A stretch of DNA of 57,308 nucleotides, counting the filler, from Squatina squatina (taxonomy: Eukaryota): assembly GCA_031763465.1 (NCBI GenBank). It is 4 parts of 4 records of this genome, joined end to end, with 100 filler letters (N's around TTAATTAATTAA, not from the genome) between each part and the next. Parts side by side here need not be neighbours in the genome. Positions count along the whole stretch, not along the records: positions 41,014 to 57,308 come from JARFOE010000192.1; 3 more parts are not named here. One strand, given 5' to 3'. Shown in pieces: positions 47,603-57,308 of this stretch; positions within the stretch are counted from its first letter, which is position 1, and each line of letters opens with the position of its first letter. A program made the translations under genes and the position numbers. The notes below the pieces were generated by a model. That model worked only from the letters and a program-made list of their open reading frames with translations. It had not been told where the DNA came from and did no database searches.

Positions 47603-50600
47603 TGAATTCAATTAGAAAGAACATAGTTACGACTTTGCTACAAGTAACACACTGGCTTTCACCCAGATCGAAGCAGAAATGAATTGAAATTTACTGCTAT
47701 TTTTATCGTAAAATGTTTATAATTTGTCACAGGTCCAGACTGCAAGCATCGCCAAATAGCTGAGAAGATGATAAAAAGGATACAGCTCTCTGAATCCTCA
47801 TAAGACTCATGATTGTGCATCACTGATAGCTCCAGTTGGAATCTCAAGGCATATATCAAGCATCAATAATTTGTAAGTCATACCAGACTCCTTATTGAGA
47901 TCCAGTACTGGAGAATTAATCAATTTCAACCTATGTAAAGCTGTAAAGCTTAGCTGGCTGACAGGGACATCAAGAATATTAGTAGAAAGAAATCAATGAG
48001 TACTGGCTAGACTATGCTTTAAGAAAATCTGGCAGGTACTAATACACAAGCACACTGNNNNNNNNNNNNNNNNNNNNNNNNNNNNNNNNNNNNNNNNNNN
48101 NNNNNNNNNNNNNNNNNNNNNNNNNNNNNNNNNNNNNNNNNNNNNNNNNNNNNNNNNCCGCATGAACCCCGAACTAAAGCGAGCCGGCAGAGTTTCGTGT
48201 GTAAAAGCCACCTATTTAAAGAAGTTGGCTCGCGTCCCTTCGCGCTGCTCGTCTGCTCTCATCCACCGCAACTCGGTGCGAAACTTTTATTTCTTCTTTA
48301 CAATAGCCAAGTCCCGGAGCCAAAGAGCACGGCCAAACCGGTACTAGGAGGACAACTATATAAGAATAATCAGATTATTAGTCGCTTATAACAAATTTAT
48401 CATTTTTTAATTTCCCTCAGTGTTGAAGGACATATTTTAAATTAAACCTACATTCACTACACGGGACTTTGGGGGCTTTGCCTTACGGTTTCTCAGAGCA
48501 CAGTGCTGAAACATGAAAGGGAATTCAAGCACAGTCATTCACCTTTAGGTTTTCTTTAATAAGGCGCATTGCAAAAGATGTATGTTTGTTATATATTTGT
48601 TGGCGGGTTATTAGAGGCTTGTGTCATTTTCAACAATGAAGACAGGAGAATGCTTTATTTTCTGAAATAATTGTATTCTACCAATTGAAATAAACAATAT
48701 TGAATTTGCAGGAAGGCTTGACTTATTTGTTGACGATTTGTAATACAATCTTAGCGAAAGGAGTAGCCTATCTGGCAGTACTGGACCGAACTTGTCAGCC
48801 GACAGGTAGGTTGTGGTGTTTGGAAATTGGCGAACACCGAGTGTGGCAAATGTAGATCCAGCCCTTACAGAATAAGGTATCTGGATGAAGGACAGAGTAT
48901 ATTGCAAAACTTTAATCCCGCTCTTTCTAAAATTGTCAAATGGCAAGGCATCTCCAGCCTGATTTTTTTTAACAGATTAGTTTATCCGTTTTTATTTAGA
49001 TATCGTACATTGATTTAACTCCAGCTAACAATGCGGTTCTTGCTGAGTGTAGGGAAAGTGTAAGCCTCTGTGCGCAATATATATGTATGAACTCGAATTT
49101 TCTTCGCTCTTCATTCTGCTTTTCCCGTCTCGATATTTACAAAATTATCCTGGAAAGCTTTAATTATGGTTTTACGTTTGTAGAAAAGTTTTGATCGTAA
49201 GATGTTGCTATTCTACAGCTTCAATCATGCTGATATCATTACAAGTATAGATTTGAGGCTAAATGATAACGAGCCTATCGCAGCGGATCCCAGCTGCAGA
49301 GTAATACCGCAAGATTTTTTGTTGCCGCCATTCATTTCACAATGAGCAAAGTCTTCTTTGCTTCTACTAACATCAACGGAACGAAAAATAATATAAATTC
49401 TTAATTATTCTGTTTTATTTCTAAATTAGTTGTCTTAATTTTGCAGCGAGCGTTTTTGAAAATTTAATTTTATATAAGTAAATGCCAGGGCTTTTCTGTA
49501 GATTGTGCAGTTGTGTGAAATACCGCTGAATACAGATAGTATGATCTGTCCATTCTGACTGATATCGATTTCCTCTCTTCACACTTCCTGGTATTAACTG
49601 CAAAAATTACGTTTAAACTAACGATCAATATTATTGGATTTCTAAATTTTATATTAATGCTACAGCATAAGAAGAAGGCCGATCCCTGTTCTTATGCATA
49701 AGAGCCTATGGCCACATGGACAAATATTACACTATAACGGAAGAAATGTTAAGTTAGTAAAATTAAAGTAGTTCAGCTGTACTTCAAAAGTATCGTATTA
49801 ATCAGTAGAAATGTTTGGAAAAGCGTTGGATACAAATGATTGTGGAGTTGGTTTAAATATTACAACTTTTAATTTATAATATGTGTGTGTATATCGACAG
49901 TAGAGACAGAATATGGGTGGCTGTTGATTTGTAATGTGCTGTCGGCCGTTTTATTATTTCTCCATTTTGATACTTGACTCCGTGCTTATTCTGAATGTAA
50001 TATTAAACTCCGCTAATCTTTCCAAGTGTAAAATATTAAATATCACGCGGGAGCAGATACTGCATTGCTGAATCTCGGCCTCTTAAAATGATGAATCGGC
50101 CCTTACAACCTGAAGTACGTTTGCTTAACCTTATGGGCAAAACTATCAAAAGGTCAGATCTGGGACTGTCCTGTGTGTAGACTCAGTTAATTATTTCGAA
50201 ACAAATTACTGTCTTATAGTGTAGATTAATACTGTACTGACTGCACAGTTCACGCGTGTTGCTATTAAAGTGAATTTGGAAATGCAAGAAGCGCTCATGG
50301 CTTTCTATTTTAAAAACGTTGTTGACAACAACAGCTACTGCACAACTAAAGTTAATATATCGACCTAAGCTAAACGAGGTCCAAAAAATCCCCGAATTAC
50401 TTTTGCCTTATTCCTCGCAATCCTCAAAGATGGCTCGAGTCTCTTTAGCAGAGGTGAAAAGAATACCAGAACTTTGAACCCAAGAACAAGTGAGACTCGC
50501 AGTTTAGGAAACACATACTTTTGAAACTGTTTAAATATTAACTTTAATTTGTTGATTGTTTGTGAACTTGAAATGATTTAAAAGAAACAACCTGATTTCT

Positions 50601-51754
50601 GTCAATTCTGTAAGTATTTCAGTTGTGCTTCCTGCGTTCAGTACAGACACGATATATATGTTAAATCTACCGCTGCACGTTTGATGTTGTGAGGCTGTTG
50701 AGGATAAATATTTCTTCCATATCTATTTGTGGTATTGCTCACTGAAAATGCACTTGAACGAAAATTTATCCATACAATACCATAGATTCCATAAGTATTC
50801 CGTCAATATTATCTCCGTTGTCTTACGTGTGCATTTCACTTTAAACCTTTCTTCACCCTGTCAAAGTGCCTTAGCTAGTCTATTTGTCCAGTGGCGATTG
50901 ATGATTGAGAGTTGAAGAGCTGATTGGACTATTTTAGATAGATGTCGTTTTCTGATATTTATGTATATGTTGTTTATAATCTTTGCATCATTTTATAGAA
51001 TTGCACCGTGATTGCGTTGCGTTCAGGAACATTGACTAATTCACTGTAGTTTATTTTAAAATTAGATCAGTTCAATCTGAGCTTTATTAAAGGTCTCGAT
51101 TTTCAGATTGCATGGCTCATTCAGCTCGTTTCATTTGCTGCTTTGAATATTGTTTGACTCCTTACATAAACTTGTGCTACATATGTTTCATACTGCGTCT
51201 CACCACTATTATGCGCATTGCTAATATGGAAAATTCCTACAAATATTTCAGAATTCTAATAACTGCGGGAATTGGAGACACCAAACATTCGCAAACATAC
51301 AGTCTGGGGAAATGGTCCCATATCATGGGTAAACGTGCCTGGTAACCTTCTGCATTTAGCAGTCTGTTAGGTTCTCATTGCGGGTTCTTGTTATAAGCTT
51401 TATGAATACTAAATAATCGGGATTCCATTGTAACTTGCCATCTTTCAACGAAATAAATCGTTATATTAAAACATATCTGCTGACAAAGTCTCGTTAGTCC
51501 TGCATAGTGTCTGACCATNNNNNNNNNNNNNNNNNNNNNNNNNNNNNNNNNNNNNNNNNNNNNNNNNNNNNNNNNNNNNNNNNNNNNNNNNNNNNNNNNN
51601 NNNNNNNNNNNNNNNNNNCTCAGTTCTGTCATAAAACTAAACCCCAGTATCGATTAGGACGTCAATGTTTATTGAGAAGCTTACTCGGAACGTGACCTGT
51701 CATTAGAATGGGGCAATAAACTATAATTAAATATTCATTTATTCAGAGATAGAA

Positions 51755-51767
51755 TGAACTTTGACCT
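51755..51767 (-). promoter_or_regulatory. DR1 nuclear-receptor element AGGTCA-A-AGTTCA
   Basis: Plus strand TGAACT T TGACCT; both half-sites are perfect RG(G/T)TCA. Confidence 0.55.
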
Positions 51768-51962
51768 CAAACAAGGATAACAATTTGCTTAATACCCTGT
51801 ATTTTGTTGTGGATTCTGATAGGTTTTTTGTAATTATGCGTCGTTTGCTTACACCATGTCGCCGGTGTAAGGGATTTGTCTGAAGTTTGTAGCTGGGGCT
51901 CACCCCGAGCTAAAACAGGAGGGCTAATTTGAAAATGACCCAACGCTGAATTAATTTCGGCT

Positions 51963-51979
51963 TGAACTTTCGGTGAACT
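51963..51979 (-). promoter_or_regulatory. HoxA1 3' retinoic acid response element (DR5)
   Basis: AGTTCA-CCGAA-AGTTCA, with the same spacer as the known mammalian Hoxa1 3' RARE (GGTTCAccgaaAGTTCA); about 3 kb 3' of the HoxA1 stop as assembled. Confidence 0.92.
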
Positions 51980-53045
51980 GGAGATTAAACAAGGCTGAGC
52001 AGGCAGAGTGGAACAGTTTCTTAGCTATAGGGTTTTCAGTCAGCCTTTCACACTGAGTAAATATTGATCAGTTTTAATCTGATTGCCCTGGAGGAAAATG
52101 CAGAGTCCCTGTATCGAAAAGTAAATTCAAGACGGCGAATGTTACAATGGAATGAACTTTACGGGCGATCTCTCGCTTTTCCTGTGACACTTCTCCGATT
52201 TAAAAGAACAGCGTCGAAGAAGGCAACCGTATTCATGATAGGTCAATTCAGTACAAAAAGTGACCGTAATGTAAAAATAAAGTGTATAATGTCCCCATGG
52301 GGTAATAGAATGATTATTTAAAAATTGGCTTGTACAAGGTAAATAATCAGGAATCCAAACCTAAATAAAATAAAAACTCATTACCATTCAGTGTTAGAAA
52401 TTAGATGATTGAACTCTTCTAACGCAAAACAATACAGCGAGTTTAGGTTGACAGTTGGATTCTTTCCGAATATAAATTCCACCTCAAGTTAAAAGATTTG
52501 GAAATGCAGTAAAGGTCTGCTATACACATGCCAGTAAATCAGAGGAAAGTGGTCTCCTGGCTTTTGTAGTTATATTTTAAAAGGTGTCACCTTCTAAGAT
52601 GTGATGTATGTTTTGTTGCTGTTGTTAAGAAATGTGCGAACGATAATTGTTGAATATTGTATCAGTATTTAAATTGTGTCTATATTAACTGAGCTGTATG
52701 TGAATTGACAAGAAGTCTTAAAGATGACCAAGAATCGTTCGATTCTTTTTCCATAGAATGGTATTGCATGTTTCTAGCAACGAGGGTTGAGGTGTGTGGA
52801 GTGAGGAAGCAAACGGACCCCACAACCACTGGATCTTACACCTAATCACTAGCAACTGGTTAGGCATTACACCCTGCGTAATAGCGGAGACCTTGAAATG
52901 GAATAATATCTGCTCTAAACGGTTTTTAAGAGTTTGTATGGGAGTCCCTAATTGTTATATTTGAACTTTTATAAGTATTTATTATATAGATGTAAAATGT
53001 TCTACTTCAAGAGAATTTTATTTCCAGCCTACGTGGATTCATCTC

Positions 53046-53147
53046 ATTTCCTACATTACAACAGTGACTACGCTTCAAAAGTACTCCAGTGACTTTTGGA
53101 CGTCCTAAGGTCCTGAGAGGCGCCATAAAAATGCAAATGTTTCTTTT
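53046..53147 (+). mobile_element. SINE 3' tail fragment
   Basis: tttcctacattacaacagtgactacgcttcaaaagtac...gaggcgccataaaaatgcaa, matching 20448-20557. Confidence 0.75.
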
Positions 53148-55003
53148 GTCGTTTAGCTGAAATTGTTTTCAGCAATCCTTTTCAAATTTTAAACTCTAGG
53201 TGCTCTTAATGTACTGCAAGTAAAATAATAGATTTACGTTTTGGTGAACTTAATGGTTATAAAAAGAAACAAGCGTACGTGTGTAAAAGGAGACATTGCT
53301 TAGTGGCTTCCGAGTTTTGACTTTGTACAAGTTGTTTTCTTTAGTAAACAGAAAGTGATACTAGAAAAGCTGAGCATCAAATAAGTCAGAAGTTGAAGGT
53401 TTCTTTGAAGTTCTTTTGCATCGTCTCCAGGCAGACAGCTCTATAGCAGATATCTCCCTTGATATGGCCGACGTGCCCTAAAACACCATCGACTTTTGCT
53501 ATTGACACCAAACTGCATCTAATCATGTTGATTCTGAAGCAAATGCCACTGACATTCTAGTCACGCGGCTTCCACGGTTTGTTCAGTCNNNNNNNNNNNN
53601 NNNNNNNNNNNNNNNNNNNNNNNNNNNNNNNNNNNNNNNNNNNNNNNNNNNNNNNNNNNNNNNNNNNNNNNNNNNNNNNNNNNNNNNNNNNNNNNNNNNN
53701 NNNNNNNNNNNNNNNNNNNNNNNNNNNNNNNNNNNNNNNNGTTTACATATATGTAAATAAGCTATTCAAGGTGAAAAGGTCAGCCCTTAGATCTGGTATG
53801 TGTAGTATTTAACATTGCAGTGAACGTTTCTTTAAAGGCCCCCAGGTCTTTCCTGCGAACAGAAAACATGTCCCACTTAAGTTTAGATTCAGTTTGCTTG
53901 AAATGGCACGCATCAACCTCATTGAAACCTCATGATTTTTCTCTCTCCGTGTCTTATCAATTAAGAATCCAAAATAAATAAAACGCGTGAAATGTAAAAT
54001 TACCCAGTCTCTGCAGGAAGATGACGTTTTTAACAATATTACTGAGTATACAAGTTTATGGAAAGGAAAGAGAAACGGTCACATTCTTGATCATCATAGA
54101 GAAGCGCAGCATTTTAATAGAATTTATTATTTGGACCCGTAAATTCTGTTCTGGATTTCAGTCACAGAAAATCTCAGAACTGTCTCAAATCACGTGCTGA
54201 TTGTATATAACATTTAGTCACAAGTAAAACTGATAAAACTCAGCAATGGGGAGGTACACACTGACAGCATTGTATCATGCAAAATTCCAGACACAAACCN
54301 NNNNNNNNNNNNNNNNNNNNNNNNNNNNNNNNNNNNNNNNNNNNNNNNNNNNNNNNNNNNNNNNNNNNNNNNNNNNNNNNNNNNNNNNNNNNNNNNNNNN
54401 NNNNNNNNNNNNNNNNNNNNNNNNNNNNNNNNNNNNNNNNNNNNNNNNNNNNNNNNNNNNNNNNNNNNNNNNNNNNNNNNNNNNNNNNNNNNNNNNNNNN
54501 NNNNNNNNNNNNNNNNNNNNNNNNNNNNNNNNNNNNNNNNNNNNNNNNNNNNNNNNNNNNNNNNNNNNNNNNNNNNNNNNNNNNNNNNNNNNNNNNNNNN
54601 NNNNNNNNNNNNNNNNNNNNNNNNNNNNNNNNNNNNNNNNNNNNNNNNNNNNNNNNNNNNNNNNNNNNNNNNNNNNNNNNNNNNNNNNNNNNNNNNNNNN
54701 NNNNNNNNNNNNNNNNNNNNNNNNNNNNNNNNNNNNNNNNNNNNNNNNNNNNNNNNNNNNNNNNNNNNNNNNNNNNNNNNNNNNNNNNNNNNNNNNNNNN
54801 NNNNNNNNNNNNNNNNNNNNNNNNNNNNNNNNNNNNNNNNNNNNNNNNNNNNNNNNNNNNNNNNNNNNNNNNNNNNNNNNNNNNNNNNNNNNNNNNNNNN
54901 NNNNNNNNNNNNNNNNNNNNNNNNNNNATTACATGTCTTCCTTCTAACTTAAAACAACTAGCAAATTAAATGATTCCCAGTCTGGGTTTGTTTTCGGAAT
55001 GTT

Positions 55004-55356
55004 TCAGCCTGAAGTATTAATGGTTTCTGAGGTAGATGATGATGGGGAGGGAGTCGATGAGGTAGAGCTAGATTTGTCTGAGGTGTCTTCTGTGTTTGCT
55101 TCACTCCCAGGAGTGGTTGGAGAAGCTGAGGTAAGACCCTCCTTTTCCCGTTTTTTCTGCTTCATCCGCCGATTCTGGAACCAAATTTGTACCTGGGTTT
55201 CGTTGAGCTGGAGGGCAGCAGCGATTTCCACCCGCCTGGCCCGAGTCAAGTACTTGTTGAAGTGGAACTCCTTTTCCAGCTCCGTTAGTTGTTTGGTGGT
55301 GAAATTGGTTCTCACCGTATTGGGCTGACCGGCAAAACCGTACTCCCCAGCCTTTC
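55004..55356 (-). CDS. HOXA1: Homeobox protein Hox-A1, exon 2 (homeodomain)
   Basis: [75 protein letters not shown]...; paralogy-group-1 homeodomain with an A1-type tail; acceptor ttag, phase 1; TGA at 55006-04. Confidence 0.97.
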
Positions 55357-56102
55357 CTAAATCAGTAAGAATGATCACAAAACAAGCAGGTAAGTCAGGA
55401 AGGATTTACAAGAGAGAATGTGATAACTACTTGCGATTGCTGGGCTACTTTTACTGCACTGATAATCAATCATAGCCGTTTCAGTACTTTGGAAATGTCT
55501 TGTCAGAAAGTCTAAAAGGATTACTCTACAACTGTTACATGTCATCAGCTGGTTGATGTTTNNNNNNNNNNNNNNNNNNNNNNNNNNNNNNNNNNNNNNN
55601 NNNNNNNNNNNNNNNNNNNNNNNNNNNNNNNNNNNNNNNNNNNNNNNNNNNNNNNNNNNNNNNNNNNNNNNNNNNNNNNNNNNNNNNNNNNNNNNNNNNN
55701 NNNNNNNNNNNNNNNNNNNNNNNNNNNNNNNNNNNNNNNNNNNNNNNNNNNNNNNNNNNNNNNNNNNNNNNNNNNNNNNNNNNNNNNNNNNNNNNNNNNN
55801 NNNNNNNNNNNNNNNNNNNNNNNNNNNNNNNNNNNNNNNNNNNNNNNNNNNNNNNNNNNNNNNNNNNNNNNNNNNNNNNNNNNNNNNNNNNNNNNNNNNN
55901 NNNNNNNNNNNNNNNNNNNNNNNNNNNNNNNNNNNNNNNNNNNNNNNNNNNNNNNNNNNNNNNNNNNNNNNNNNNNNNNNNNNNNNNNNNNNNNNNNNNN
56001 NNNNNNNNNNNNNNNNNNNNNNNNNNNNNNNNNNNNNNNNNNNNNNNNNNNNNNNNNNNNNNNNNNNNNNNNNNNNNNNNNNNNNNNNNNNNNNNNNNNN
56101 NN

Positions 56103-56383
56103 GTGATGACTGTAGCCTGTGTTAAAGCTCTGTGCTGGGTATCCTGTCCCACAATTGGGGTGGGCACTGTAGGAGATGCCCAGGTTGCTGTGATGTGAGT
56201 AGCTAGTCTGGTGATGGTGATGGTGAGGAGGACCACCTATTTGGATACTTCTGCTCACGATATAGCGGTCATCTGTATTGCAGTTATTATTACTAACAGC
56301 ACAAGACTGATAAGTTGTAATTCCTTGATCTGCATNNNNNNNNNNGAGTAGTCCAGAAAAGAGTTCATCCTTGCATTGTCCAT
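56103..56383 (-). CDS. HOXA1: Hox-A1 exon 1, visible part (the rest is in the gap 55562-56102)
   Basis: [13 protein letters not shown]..[10N]..[41 protein letters not shown]; ATG at 56383-81. Confidence 0.96.
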
Positions 56384-56530
56384 CTGTCACTGGGGTAACC
56401 AGCATGTAAAGTGACTGTCCACCAACCTGGATGGACCGTGCCAACTTGCCCACTTCCTCAATGGGGCTGAAAGAAAATGATATCAATATACAGTGAAGTG
56501 TCGCCACGTGACTCGATCCGTCCAATCGCG
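56384..56530 (-). promoter_or_regulatory. HoxA1 5' UTR and proximal promoter
   Basis: Minus strand ATATCATTTTCTT..GCCCCATTGAGGAAGTG..AAGTTGGCAC..CAGTGACAGATG resembles the remembered human HOXA1 5' UTR; E-box CACGTG at 56505-10; CCAAT at 56522-26. Confidence 0.8.
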
Positions 56531-56541
56531 GGGTCCCCTGC

Positions 56542-56804
56542 GAAGTTTGCATGCTCTTGCTGGTGATCGATCACTGTTTTAGTGGCATTTAAATTACAAA
56601 CGCTCTTCCATCAAGGTTACGCGCATTATTAGCCCACAAATGCATTATACTTCAAAGCATGCCCGGCAGAATGCAGCAGGAATTTATTCAAGATGCACGT
56701 ACTCTCTTTTGGTCGGGTCTGCAATGGCATTAGTATTACCACCGATCGCGCGTCTACAACAGGGGACTATCCCGTCTTCTTCCGCACAGCAGCCTCTCCG
56801 TCAG
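56542..56804 (+). ncRNA. HOTAIRM1: HOTAIRM1-like divergent lncRNA, exon 1
   Basis: AAGTTTGC...GTGATCGATCACTGTTTTAGTGGCATTTAAAT...AGGTTACGCGCA closely resembles the remembered 5' end of human HOTAIRM1; correct position and orientation; strong donor CAG|gtaaga at 56804/5. Confidence 0.65.
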
Positions 56805-57308
56805 GTAAGAAAAGCCGCTCGATGAAATACCTAACATCCAGACTGTAAAGAGCTATCGGAAATGTGTTAATGCCAGCATCGCTCCACAGTGGAAAAAGAA
56901 TCAGATGTTCCTCGCTAGTGTCTTAGCTATAGCATTGTGGGTGAGCGGCGTTTTTTTCAATAGGTCNNNNNNNNNNAATAGGTCGGGAAAAGCTATGCAA
57001 TTCGGGTCTATTATGTGTCAAGTCGTTTCGTGCACTTCAATGAAAGAAAATACAGGTAATTGCTCCAGTTACATTTTGTTCAGACACAGAATAGCCTGTG
57101 CACATTTATTATTAACTGATTATAACCTCAGTGCTAATCGGTGCAGCATAACTCTGAGGACGACCCTCAAAGCAAAGAGTAAAATGATTGATTGGATTGA
57201 AGAGGTTTATGATGTAGAGATTTGTATTTAAGCTGTGTGTGATATGGTGTGCGGTTGTAAAAGGAGGCGCCATGCCTCCACTGTGCAATAATGTCACAAG
57301 GAAGCAAG

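Noticed and set aside
54246-54969. Long ORFs spanning N runs (also 41865-42533 and 55535-56236)
   Set aside because: Their length comes from translated Ns.
26534-56383. T-box, PKHD1 and EIF2B4 as a novel neighbourhood of the HoxA cluster
   Set aside because: They are separated from HoxA1 by synthetic linkers, so the adjacency is probably artefactual.

Overview
Fragmented vertebrate genome assembly, almost certainly a shark or other chondrichthyan, judged from the HoxA1 sequence and the repeat families. Short contigs of about 0.2-3.4 kb are joined mostly by 100-N gaps. Three identical artificial linkers (44N-TTAATTAATTAA-44N; 12-mer at 13880, 27053 and 40958) split the window into four segments that are probably unrelated. 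Recognisable genes: a THAP5/THAP8-type exon; an intronless, divergent MGA-like T-box ORF; two isolated PKHD1 exons; the last exon of EIF2B4; and HoxA1 (minus strand) with its promoter, 3' DR5 retinoic-acid response element and a HOTAIRM1-like antisense first exon. Most of the rest is decayed CR1/L2/RTE/Penelope retroelements, Deu-type SINEs and PIF/Harbinger elements and MITEs, plus a few orphan exon candidates. Best leads: a probable MGA ohnolog beside a THAP8-like exon, sequence-conserved HOTAIRM1 in a shark, a K46Q change in the HoxA1 recognition helix, and an extra DR1 next to the RARE. All homology calls come from remembered sequences; no database search was run.
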